The position numbers were made by a program, and so were the translations under genes. Positions 38,981-47,791 of a DNA stretch of 64,000 bases are shown piece after piece (within the stretch, counting starts at the first letter, position 1; every line of letters starts with the position of its first letter). The notes under the pieces are model-generated. The model was not told the DNA's origin. It made no database searches and worked only from the letters and a program-made list of their open reading frames with translations. Origin of the DNA: an uncultured Lachnospiraceae bacterium (GTDB taxonomy: Bacteria; Bacillota; Clostridia; Lachnospirales; Lachnospiraceae); contig CAMJHQ010000013.1 of the NCBI GenBank assembly GCA_946405625.1, positions 6,037 to 70,036 of the forward strand, given 5' to 3'.

Positions 38981-39895
38981 CTATTTAAGCTTCAGCTCAA
39001 GAACCACATGTTTCTCGATTTCATCCGGATCCGGAATCTTCATGTAGTCTCCGTATAACATTTCAAGATAATTCTCTATCTCTTTCATTATCTGGAATCT
39101 TTCGGTTCTTCCATCAAATGTATAATCGATCCATTTCATCTTGCATGCCCATCTTCTCTCATACATTTCACCAAAGAAATGCTTTCTTCCGGCAGGCACA
39201 ACCACATACTTCGAATTATTGTTTCTGCAGAATGAATTAACCTTATTCCACAGCTTCGTCCATGTATCTACACTGAAGAATGAGAAGAGGCGTCCGAGGA
39301 GAACCTTCTTTTTGAAAACACTCTTAAACTCCTTGTTATCTCCTGCCAGCTTCATATAGAGATCCTTCTTTGAAAGGAACACTCTGCAGGACCATGCAAA
39401 GCCTACGGCATATGTAAAGAAACCGTGGATGTTCCTGAGGAGCTTGTTGTTAAATGTATTCTCCATCACGAAAAGGTCTATATAAACTCCACATTCATCA
39501 GATTCGGCATCTTCTCTTGCTCTGCATACCGTACCCTTCTTTCTGATCCTGGAAATACCAAGTCCGTAACCCTTGGTAAGTTCAGGTGCATGCAGCCAAT
39601 ATCTGTCACTCATATCTCTGTCGAAGAATTTCTTGACCTTCTCGAAATCCTTTCTGGATATGAGAATATCTACGTCATCATCCCAAGGGATAAATCCGCC
39701 GTGTCTTACGGCACCGAGCGAGCTTCCGCCTGCCAGGCTGTAATAAATCTTATTCTTCTTACAGAATTCATTAAAATCTATAAGCATTTCAAAAAGAACT
39801 CCCTGAAGATCATGCAGCTCTTCATCTGTCAGAACCTTCAGTCCGTTCTTCTCCGCATCTATATGCTTCATCATATTAACAGTTGATAAACCCAA
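38981..39895 (-). CDS. licD: LicD family phosphotransferase (phosphocholine or polyol-phosphate transferase)
   Basis: IYYSLAGGSSLGAVRHGGFIPWDDDVDILISRKDF is the LicD signature (DxD). Probable TTG start at 39895 with AGGAGG 6 nt upstream. Alternative starts are ATG 39922 and GTG 39928. Confidence 0.85.
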   Translation of the reverse strand: MGLSTVNMMKHIDAEKNGLKVLTDEELHDLQGVLFEMLIDFNEFCKKNKIYYSLAGGSSLGAVRHGGFIPWDDDVDILISRKDFEKVKKFFDRDMSDRYWLHAPELTKGYGLGISRIRKKGTVCRAREDAESDECGVYIDLFVMENTFNNKLLRNIHGFFTYAVGFAWSCRVFLSKKDLYMKLAGDNKEFKSVFKKKVLLGRLFSFFSVDTWTKLWNKVNSFCRNNNSKYVVVPAGRKHFFGEMYERRWACKMKWIDYTFDGRTERFQIMKEIENYLEMLYGDYMKIPDPDEIEKHVVLELKLK

Positions 39896-39924
39896 AACTG
39901 TATCCTCCTGTATCGAAAACATCC

Positions 39925-41019
39925 TCACGACCTGAATATATCGATCGTACGGCGCATTCCCGTTCCTATATCATACTTCGGAGCCCATCCGAGTGCTTTG
40001 AGCTTCGATCCGTCAAGTCTCGCCTTTGTGGCCTTGCTGTATCCTGCTTTCTCTACTTCATCCGGAAGGTCGAAAACCACCTGCTTACCGGAATAGCCTG
40101 CTATAAGTCCCGCAAGATCCTTCAGCGTTATATCCGACGCCTCATCTGCTATATTATATGCTTCACCGCATTCACCCACGAGGAGTACCGTCAGCAGTCC
40201 CGAAACAGCATCTGTAACATATGTATATGAGTAAAACTGGTTTCCTTCGCTCTTAAGAACTATATCCTCTCCTGCTATACCCTTCTTGATAAACTGAGAT
40301 ATAGCCTTAGTGTCCGAATCGAGCATTGTAGGGCCGTAAGAACGCGTAGGGCGTGCTACTACCACATCCAGTTCTTTCTGCCTTATATAAGCCTGACAGA
40401 GGGCTTCAGCGCACCGTTTACTCTCAGGGTAGCCTGCACGAAGTGTATTGGAATCTATATATCCGCAATAGTCCTCCTTAAAAAGCTCTGTATCTCCCCT
40501 GTTCTCTCCGTATATTTCATTCGATGACGCAAAAAGAACCCTCCGGGAGCCATGCGATGCCGCATACTCCAGCAGGTAATAAATTCCGAGTATGTTTGAA
40601 GTTACCGTACCTATCGGATCGGTAGCATAAGCAACCGGATGTGTATTGCTTGCAAGATGAAGTATATAATCCGGATTACCCAGTTCGTCACCGACTATAA
40701 CCTTGTTGATATCATGTTCGATAAAATGTATCTTCAGCGGATCACTGAGATCATCCTTCGAATCGTTTTCGGGCATATATTCACCGAAACGCTCTGCAGC
40801 CTTTTCTCTGTTTCTTCCCACTGCCGCAATCTTACAATTAAGTCCGTCAAGCTTGTTCTTTCTCATAATGACATCGATGATACAGCTTCCCATCATACCG
40901 GTTGCCCCTGTAATAAGCACAGTTTTGCCGGTAAGCTTCTCCCACGGAAGCGATATACTTCTTACCGAATCGATATCCTCTATGTATTTTTCAGAACCGT
41001 ACAGTTTTTGAGAATCCAT
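39925..41019 (-). CDS. NAD(P)-dependent epimerase/dehydratase-type SDR (candidate reductase partner of the cytidylyltransferase)
   Basis: VLITGATGMMGSCIIDVI (Rossmann TGxxGxxG) and YPESKRCAE (YxxxK). 364 aa. Confidence 0.8.
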   Translation of the reverse strand: MDSQKLYGSEKYIEDIDSVRSISLPWEKLTGKTVLITGATGMMGSCIIDVIMRKNKLDGLNCKIAAVGRNREKAAERFGEYMPENDSKDDLSDPLKIHFIEHDINKVIVGDELGNPDYILHLASNTHPVAYATDPIGTVTSNILGIYYLLEYAASHGSRRVLFASSNEIYGENRGDTELFKEDYCGYIDSNTLRAGYPESKRCAEALCQAYIRQKELDVVVARPTRSYGPTMLDSDTKAISQFIKKGIAGEDIVLKSEGNQFYSYTYVTDAVSGLLTVLLVGECGEAYNIADEASDITLKDLAGLIAGYSGKQVVFDLPDEVEKAGYSKATKARLDGSKLKALGWAPKYDIGTGMRRTIDIFRS

Positions 41020-41024
41020 AGCTC

Positions 41025-41738
41025 TTAGTCCTTATCTGTTTTTATATACGCCTTAAACAGTTCAAGGTCGTCTCTTGTCGTAAGCTTTATATTCTTATCG
41101 GATCCCGATGCAAAATGCAGTCTCTCTCCGAGCTCGACCATCATTGTATTTGTATAGGAAGAACCGTAAATTCCGATTTCCTTCTCAAAGGCCTCATGAT
41201 ACTTCTCATCGAGAATACCGAACTTGTAAGCCTGAGGAGTCGCAACACGCCTGAGCGTCTCACGCGGAATATACTTCGTAGTCGTGGTGCTGTCATCTTC
41301 ATCCACAACAAATATCTGTTCATTATACGGCATTGATGTAACAGCATTTCCGAATTTCTTGCAGGTTCTGATAACATCCGTCAGAACCTCGGCATCCACA
41401 AGCGGTCTGATACCGTCATGGATAACCACGATATCGTCAGCCTCACATTTATCCTCAAGATTATAAACGCCGTTACGGATAGACTCCTGACCGGTCTCGC
41501 CGCCGGATACTATCCACTTCAGCTTATCTATTCCATATTGTTTTGCATAAGCCCAGACAACATCATGCCATCCATCGATACATACAAGTTCGATCGCATC
41601 TATCTGCGGATGATTCTGAAAGCTTTCAAGCGTATATACCAGCACCGGCTTATCATATACATTTATGAACTGCTTGGGTATATCCATACCCATTCGATGT
41701 CCGGAGCCTCCTGCAATTATAACCGCAACATTCATCAC
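41025..41738 (-). CDS. tarI: IspD/TarI family cytidylyltransferase (probable ribitol-5-phosphate cytidylyltransferase)
   Basis: NVAVIIAGGSGHRMGMDIPKQF and VVIHDGIRPLV. The TarI assignment rather than IspD comes from the glycopolymer context and is an inference. Confidence 0.75.
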   Translation of the reverse strand: MMNVAVIIAGGSGHRMGMDIPKQFINVYDKPVLVYTLESFQNHPQIDAIELVCIDGWHDVVWAYAKQYGIDKLKWIVSGGETGQESIRNGVYNLEDKCEADDIVVIHDGIRPLVDAEVLTDVIRTCKKFGNAVTSMPYNEQIFVVDEDDSTTTTKYIPRETLRRVATPQAYKFGILDEKYHEAFEKEIGIYGSSYTNTMMVELGERLHFASGSDKNIKLTTRDDLELFKAYIKTDKD

Positions 41739-41753
41739 TGTATCCTCATCTGA

Positions 41754-42596
41754 TTAAAAGCTCTTTGTCTGCTTAACTCCGAAGAATTTAGCCGCAAGGA
41801 ACGACGCACCCTTTGTGAGCCAGTTGATCCTTTCCATATAAATGAACGGAAGCTCGGCAATATCACTTATAGCGAGCTCGCCTGAATCAAGCTTATGTTT
41901 GATCCATACATTAAAGAGAAGCTCGGCAACACGTCCCGGATATCTCTTCTCGAAATCCGACCTTCTGCTTGAGTCTATCTTCTCTCTGAGCTTGAACAGG
42001 ATATCAAACAGCCATTCGCAATATTCGTTCATCATATCCTTCGGAAGCACAGCCATGTTAAACATATATCCCCAAGTACGTGCCATAACTTTATTATATG
42101 ATCCGACATATTCCGGATAATTCTCTCTGATTATATTTATCGTTATATTAAACTCATCAACCTGATGAGTATGGATATAATGCGAATAGAGTGTTTCGAT
42201 AAAATATCTTCTCTTAGCCGGAAGGATTACCTTGTATCTGTTAAGAAGGTAATCTATCTCCTTACTTGTCAGAACTCTTGAGAAAGGATCGATACTGAAT
42301 ATATGTCTCTTGAGAAAACTTCCTCCCGACCTCTTTCCACAGAAATATCTTCTGTAATGCACAAGTCCCAGATAATCCGCATCAAGATTCTTCCATGCCC
42401 AGTAAAGGCCTGTGAGCTCACAGAATTCCGGATTCAGTTCGGAAATGTTATCTCCCGAATCATCTCTCGTAAAGCCCATGCTCTCCTTGCCGGCAGCACC
42501 TACATGAACAGGAAGATACAAAGAGTCCTTCGGCATTCTGTAGGGTTTATGAGTTGCTACGATTATTCTCGCATTATGCTTATTCTTATACGCCAT
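41754..42596 (-). CDS. DUF4422 domain protein (putative glycosyltransferase)
   Basis: ARIIVATHKPYRMPKDSLYLPVHVGAAGKE...FCELTGLYWAWKN is the DUF4422 pattern. ATG 42596 lies 1 nt after the upstream stop. Confidence 0.75.
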   Translation of the reverse strand: MAYKNKHNARIIVATHKPYRMPKDSLYLPVHVGAAGKESMGFTRDDSGDNISELNPEFCELTGLYWAWKNLDADYLGLVHYRRYFCGKRSGGSFLKRHIFSIDPFSRVLTSKEIDYLLNRYKVILPAKRRYFIETLYSHYIHTHQVDEFNITINIIRENYPEYVGSYNKVMARTWGYMFNMAVLPKDMMNEYCEWLFDILFKLREKIDSSRRSDFEKRYPGRVAELLFNVWIKHKLDSGELAISDIAELPFIYMERINWLTKGASFLAAKFFGVKQTKSF

Positions 42597-42597
42597 T

Positions 42598-44010
42598 CTA
42601 CTTAGATCCTTTCTTTCCCAGAACCGCACCAAAGGTCTTGATTATGATCTTCAGATCAAGTCCCAGAGAAAAATTCCTAATATAATCATTATCAAGCTTA
42701 ACAACTTCTTCGAAATCATCGATATCCGATCTTCCTGAGGTCTGCCACATGCCTGTAAGTCCCGGCTTCATGGCGAGACGGCTGAGGTGATGCGGATCAT
42801 ACTGCTGATATTCATCCAGTGTAGGAGGTCTGGTTCCTACCAAAGACATATCTCCCTTAAGGATATTCCAGAACTGCGGAAATTCATCCAGACTTGTTTT
42901 TCTGATGAATTTGCCGATAGGCATGATTCTCGGATCATCTTCCATTTTGAACATCAGACCCTTGATCTCATTCTTATCCATAAGTTCCTTCTTACGCTCT
43001 TCGGCATCCATATACATGGATCTGAATTTATACATCTTGAAGATCTTTCCGTTTTTACCGACTCTGTCCTGACAGAACAGTGCAGGTCCCGGCGACTGCT
43101 TCTTGATGATCGGTGCAAGGAATATATAGAAGATGCCCGTAAAGAAAAGCCCTATGATCGATACGAGAATATCGAAGATTCTCTTCACAAGCTGTGCACC
43201 TTCAGAGCCACGCGATATGCTCGAGGTTATTATCGTATAATCATCAATAGTCTCAATCTGAGTATTTGAAAGAACTGACATGTCGAGATTAAGTGCGATA
43301 TGTGTGGTTATACCCATATTCATGAAGAGCTCGACCATCTCTCTTCCGTCTTCCGAATCGGCAAGTATATAAGCCTCATTTACTACATTCGTCTTAACAA
43401 ATTCAAGGATGTCAGATTTCTTGATCCTCGGGATCTTATTAAATGCATCAACATCCTTAGCGCCTCCGTCCTTCTCATCAAGAAGAACTATTCCGACATA
43501 ATCATTGAAACCGTTATTGTTTGAACTAAGCGACTTAAGATACTTCTCGAGCATGCTCGGGTAAGTAACTATAATAACCTTGTTTGTGTTCTTACCCTCT
43601 CTGAAGCTTTTCCAAAGATGTCTCTTCCTGAGACTTCTCATGACGGTCATTATAAAAATATCAAAGGCAAAAAACATCACAAGAATCTGACGTGAATATA
43701 CTTCCGATTCCTTCGCCAGAAACAGATATGTAAAGAGTGCAAAAATAAGCTCGAGATTGACTACTATTACACTCAGAAACTCCTTATTTTTTCTCCTCTT
43801 CAGAATATTTCTGTGGAAAGAATTAAAAAGCATAAGGATTATATAGAGAGCCAGGATCACAAGAACGATCTTCTCATATAAAGGAAGATATATATGATCC
43901 TCGCTTCTGTCGGTTCTGATAAGATAAGCAATCGCAAGCGATATCACTATGGAGATCATATCAATTAAGATAAAATCCGCATGTTTTGCTTTAACACTAC
44001 TTGTATTCAT
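42598..44010 (-). CDS. Initiating undecaprenyl-phosphate sugar-1-phosphate transferase (WbaP/CpsE-like polyisoprenyl-phosphate hexose-1-phosphate transferase)
   Basis: VKRIFDILVSIIGLFF...YKFRSMYMDAEE...DPRIMPIGKFIRKTSLDEFPQFWNILKGDMSLVGTRPP is the bacterial sugar transferase signature. Four N-terminal TM helices. Confidence 0.9.
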   Translation of the reverse strand: MNTSSVKAKHADFILIDMISIVISLAIAYLIRTDRSEDHIYLPLYEKIVLVILALYIILMLFNSFHRNILKRRKNKEFLSVIVVNLELIFALFTYLFLAKESEVYSRQILVMFFAFDIFIMTVMRSLRKRHLWKSFREGKNTNKVIIVTYPSMLEKYLKSLSSNNNGFNDYVGIVLLDEKDGGAKDVDAFNKIPRIKKSDILEFVKTNVVNEAYILADSEDGREMVELFMNMGITTHIALNLDMSVLSNTQIETIDDYTIITSSISRGSEGAQLVKRIFDILVSIIGLFFTGIFYIFLAPIIKKQSPGPALFCQDRVGKNGKIFKMYKFRSMYMDAEERKKELMDKNEIKGLMFKMEDDPRIMPIGKFIRKTSLDEFPQFWNILKGDMSLVGTRPPTLDEYQQYDPHHLSRLAMKPGLTGMWQTSGRSDIDDFEEVVKLDNDYIRNFSLGLDLKIIIKTFGAVLGKKGSK

Positions 44011-44055
44011 TAAGCTTCTTCACTTTCATTTTTTTATTGCCGGAGAAACCGTGAT

Positions 44056-45285
44056 CTATCTGACGATCACTGTTCCCTGAATCTTGGCATTAACTTTAGC
44101 CATCTCTTCTCCGGCCTTAATAAGTGTATTTACACGGCTCTTTCCGTATCTTGTCAACAGTATTACGTCATTTCCGCCGCGTGCGGCAATCAGAGCATCA
44201 GCACTGTTCTTCATGTCATCCGGCACAACAATGAGATAATCATTATCGGCAACAGCCTTGGATAACTTGTCCTTACTTACTATAGTCTCTGAGAGATCAC
44301 CGGATAAAACACCTGCCTTAAGGCCCAGACTCTTAAAGGCCTCCTCAATGCTATCGACCATTTTATCAGAAAATGAATATTTATCAACCGGAGCCAGAAC
44401 CACTATCTTTCCTGTATCCGATCCTTCAATGCTGACAGCCAGTCTCTTCATATCCTGGGCAAACCTCTTCTGCTTTAATGAAATGTCAGCAAATTTCTTC
44501 AGGCCCGCAAACTCAATATCATCAGCAGTTCTTACATTGTCTCTGATGATAAAGATCAGGAGCAGCACAACCAGTATAAACAAAACACCGGCTGCCCCAC
44601 CGACAATAAAATACTTTATTATCGATTTGATATTGATCGAACCCTTGCCTATTATCAATTCATCCGGAACACTTGCTTCATCTATAACCTGAATGTTATC
44701 AACCAGACCGAGTTCCTTTGAATTCTTCACAAACTCTTCCGTAACTGCTTCTGCAATATCATGTGCTCTCTTTGCATTTACATCGGTAACGACTATTATC
44801 ATCACATGAGCACCCTGGACATTCTTGTTAACCATCCAGGACAGATCATAAGGAGTAATGTTCTTCATATCATCATATGATCTGAGGTCCAGCTTATCTA
44901 TTACATTCTGAAGTGCCGATTCACTTACACACAGAGATCCCGCATCATATGCCAGATGAGTCATAATGTTGTTGTTATCAACCTTTCCGCCTTCATCAAA
45001 CCCATCAATATTATAATCCAGATACAGCTTTGCCCTGGATTCAACGGTATTCTCAGGTCTGTGTGCATCCGTATAATTCTTCATGGAATTGAAGTATGAT
45101 TCCCTGTTCTGATTCATAATCGTATGAATACTTGTTATCCTTGACAGATTATCCTTCTGCTTCTTATAACCGAGAAACGCAAGTCCACCGGCTGATAAAG
45201 CCCCGATCAGAACTACGAGCACAAAGTTCTGCCAGACATATATGAAAAACTGTCTTAAGTCGATAACTCGTTCCTTATTATTCAT
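44056..45285 (-). CDS. Wzz/CpsC-like chain-length regulator fused to a degenerate BY-kinase-like (P-loop fold) C-terminal domain
   Basis: Wzz-type N-terminus (IDLRQFFIYVWQNF plus TM) with a second TM before RDNVRTADDIE. The C-terminal roughly 140 aa align by eye to CpsD-type kinases, but Walker A is replaced by LAPVDKYSFSDKM and there is no C-terminal Tyr cluster. GAGGAG SD before ATG 45285. Confidence 0.75.
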   Translation of the reverse strand: MNNKERVIDLRQFFIYVWQNFVLVVLIGALSAGGLAFLGYKKQKDNLSRITSIHTIMNQNRESYFNSMKNYTDAHRPENTVESRAKLYLDYNIDGFDEGGKVDNNNIMTHLAYDAGSLCVSESALQNVIDKLDLRSYDDMKNITPYDLSWMVNKNVQGAHVMIIVVTDVNAKRAHDIAEAVTEEFVKNSKELGLVDNIQVIDEASVPDELIIGKGSINIKSIIKYFIVGGAAGVLFILVVLLLIFIIRDNVRTADDIEFAGLKKFADISLKQKRFAQDMKRLAVSIEGSDTGKIVVLAPVDKYSFSDKMVDSIEEAFKSLGLKAGVLSGDLSETIVSKDKLSKAVADNDYLIVVPDDMKNSADALIAARGGNDVILLTRYGKSRVNTLIKAGEEMAKVNAKIQGTVIVR

Positions 45286-45404
45286 TTTCAAATATCTCCT
45301 CAATTTATATAAAATGCCGAATTCCCACACAAAAACAAAATCGTTGCGGATGCAGAATCAGAATATTATTACACAAAAATATGCTTCTGTAAACCAACAG
45401 TACT

Positions 45405-45433
45405 ATTTTAACATTCTGAAACTGCAACTGCAA
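45405..45433 (-). promoter_or_regulatory. Candidate sigma-A promoter of the glycan operon
   Basis: On the minus strand, TTGCAG, a 17-nt spacer, then TAAAAT, about 115 nt upstream of the Wzz-like start. Confidence 0.4.
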
Positions 45434-45482
45434 CGAAGTATTAACAATTACAATTATCTCATATATTAATATTTTCTTATAT

Positions 45483-47024
45483 TTAGATCATTTTCCGCTC
45501 GATCATGTACTTCTTTGCATCCTTCATAAAGCTCCAGATCATCAGGATCATTATGATACCTATAGGGAATGCCGATATGATACTTACGCTCTGTATATTG
45601 TTCATACTGCTTTCCGAGAATACAAGTGCGATCGGAAGTGCAATAAGGAGCAGGCACCAGAGAAGTGTTATAAGAACATGTGGCTTCTCATCCTCTCCGA
45701 GCTTCTTATAGCTGTAACAAGCCGCTGTATAAGCGATCGAATCAAACGATGTTGCGTAGAATGCGATCATACATACCATTGTAAGGATCAGGATAAATGT
45801 AGCGCATGGCATCGTATTAATTATATTTATTATAAGTGCATAAAGGTCACCTGTTGCCTCATACTGTGCAATGAAATCAGCTGCACCATCAATCTGCATG
45901 CCAAGGCTGTAGTTTCCGAGAACAACAAATGATACGATAGTTGAACCTACACCGAATACATATCCTCCGATTATAGTCTGCTTGATAGTACGTCCTCTTG
46001 ATATATTTCCGATGAAGAAAGGTGCTGCTATACACCATACCATCCAGTATGCCCAGTAATATATTGTCCAGTCCTGAGGGAAGTTGTTTGTTCTTGCAGG
46101 ATCTGTATAGGTTGAAAGTTCAATAAAGTGCTGGAACATTTTTCCGAGGCTCTGGAAACCGTTCTCAATTATGAATCTGCCCTGACCGCCGATTATAAGC
46201 ACAAGAATCAGAAGTCCAAAGAACAGATATATACAAAGCTTAGCCAGGAAGCTTATTCCCTTAAATCCGTGAATAACTGCATATGTATATACCGCACATG
46301 TTATAAGAAGGATTATTATAGTTACCGCTGTTCTGCTGATGGTAATTCCGAAAAGAGTTACCATGATTTCAGCCATAAGAGGAGTCGCAACACTGAATGT
46401 TGTTGCTGTTCCTGCAAGAAGTGCAAAAAGTGCAAAAAGATCTATGATTCTTCCAAGCAGTCCGTCTGCACGCTTATCACCGATAACCGGGCGGCAGGCC
46501 TCTGAATATCTCTGACGGTTTCTCTTTCTTACATGAAGCATGAAACCGAATGCAACCGCAAGTACAAGATAAAATGCCCATGGGATAAAGCTCCAGTGGA
46601 ACAGCGGGAAAACTCCTGCCCATTCCTTGATATCTCCCATTTCAGCAATATGAGGATTAGTAGCATACATTACCCATTCAGCAAATGAATAGAAAAGGAT
46701 ATCTGCTGCAAGTCCGCAGGTAAACATCATACTTCCCCATGTAAAGAATGAATACTTAGGTTTCTCATTCTGATCTCCGAGAACTATATCTCCATACTTG
46801 GAAAAAGAAAGGAACAGTGAGATTATAAGCACTCCCACACCTATTACAAGATAATACAGTCCGACAGTATCTCCAAAGAAGAATCTCACATCTGAGATAA
46901 CTCCGTTAGCCTGCTCCGGGAAAATAAACAGATATACAACCAGTGCCATTATAAGGATGAACGGAACCAGTGTGATCATCCAGTCAATTTTTCCTTTGCT
47001 TACTTTCTTTTTTTCTTCGCTCAT
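45483..47024 (-). CDS. BCCT family transporter (probable choline uptake)
   Basis: WTIYYWAYWMVWCIAAPFFIGNISRGRT is the BCCT signature. 513 aa with about 12 TM helices. The choline assignment comes from the adjacent lic genes and is an inference. Confidence 0.88.
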   Translation of the reverse strand: MSEEKKKVSKGKIDWMITLVPFILIMALVVYLFIFPEQANGVISDVRFFFGDTVGLYYLVIGVGVLIISLFLSFSKYGDIVLGDQNEKPKYSFFTWGSMMFTCGLAADILFYSFAEWVMYATNPHIAEMGDIKEWAGVFPLFHWSFIPWAFYLVLAVAFGFMLHVRKRNRQRYSEACRPVIGDKRADGLLGRIIDLFALFALLAGTATTFSVATPLMAEIMVTLFGITISRTAVTIIILLITCAVYTYAVIHGFKGISFLAKLCIYLFFGLLILVLIIGGQGRFIIENGFQSLGKMFQHFIELSTYTDPARTNNFPQDWTIYYWAYWMVWCIAAPFFIGNISRGRTIKQTIIGGYVFGVGSTIVSFVVLGNYSLGMQIDGAADFIAQYEATGDLYALIINIINTMPCATFILILTMVCMIAFYATSFDSIAYTAACYSYKKLGEDEKPHVLITLLWCLLLIALPIALVFSESSMNNIQSVSIISAFPIGIIMILMIWSFMKDAKKYMIERKMI

Positions 47025-47026
47025 CT

Positions 47027-47791
47027 TTAAAACTCCTTCACATTACTTCGCTTTTGAAGATATATTTCATAGCTTGGATCAAGCTTTACAAGCTCTTCAA
47101 GATCATCAACTTCAATGATGTCTTCATAATTCATCTCGGTAATACCGAGTCTGAAATCATCGAAATGGCAGAACATCGGAACATCATCCCAGTATATCTG
47201 ATCATTTCCGCTTTCAAACTCCTGTTCCAGATGCCTTCTCAACTTTTCTCCGTCCGATTTATTCCACCTGGATATGGAGAACAGCTGCCATCCGTCTTTT
47301 CCTCCGGTTCTTGAACACGATGTCACAATTCCATCCTTATCAATCTCCATCAGCCATTCGTTTGTTTCGCCTTCACACCTGACCGCATTATATCCGGAAA
47401 GCGTGAATTCCGATTTCAGAATATCAGGATTATATATGATCTGATCCCCATCCAGGATCATGCAGTCTCCGAGATATTCTCTTGCAGCATACAGCGAGCT
47501 TATATTATTGCAATCCGCATAATACGGATTCTCGATAAGTGTTATATCGCTGTACTTCTCTGTAATAACCTTGAACTGTTCTTTCAGATAACCGACCACT
47601 ACATATATTTCTTCTATCCCGTTTATATGAAGCGCATCAATTACAGAATCAATCATCCTCTTTCCGTTAACCTTAACCAACGGTTTGGGTATTTCTTCGG
47701 TCAGCGGATGCATCCTGACTCCGGAGCCCGCGGCCATTATTATCGCTCTTTTCACTAAGCTCTTTTCTACCGACATCATCTCTTCCATCAT
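47027..47791 (-). CDS. licC: CTP:phosphocholine cytidylyltransferase (LicC-like)
   Basis: AIIMAAGSGVRMHPLTEEIPKPLVKVNGKRMID, YVVVGYLKEQF, TNEW and IYWDD align by eye to pneumococcal LicC. Confidence 0.8.
   Translation of the reverse strand: MMEEMMSVEKSLVKRAIIMAAGSGVRMHPLTEEIPKPLVKVNGKRMIDSVIDALHINGIEEIYVVVGYLKEQFKVITEKYSDITLIENPYYADCNNISSLYAAREYLGDCMILDGDQIIYNPDILKSEFTLSGYNAVRCEGETNEWLMEIDKDGIVTSCSRTGGKDGWQLFSISRWNKSDGEKLRRHLEQEFESGNDQIYWDDVPMFCHFDDFRLGITEMNYEDIIEVDDLEELVKLDPSYEIYLQKRSNVKEF

Noticed and set aside
45466-45657. 63-aa minus-strand ORF at the 3' end of the BCCT gene
   Set aside because: It overlaps the BCCT CDS in another frame. It has no SD and no recognisable features.
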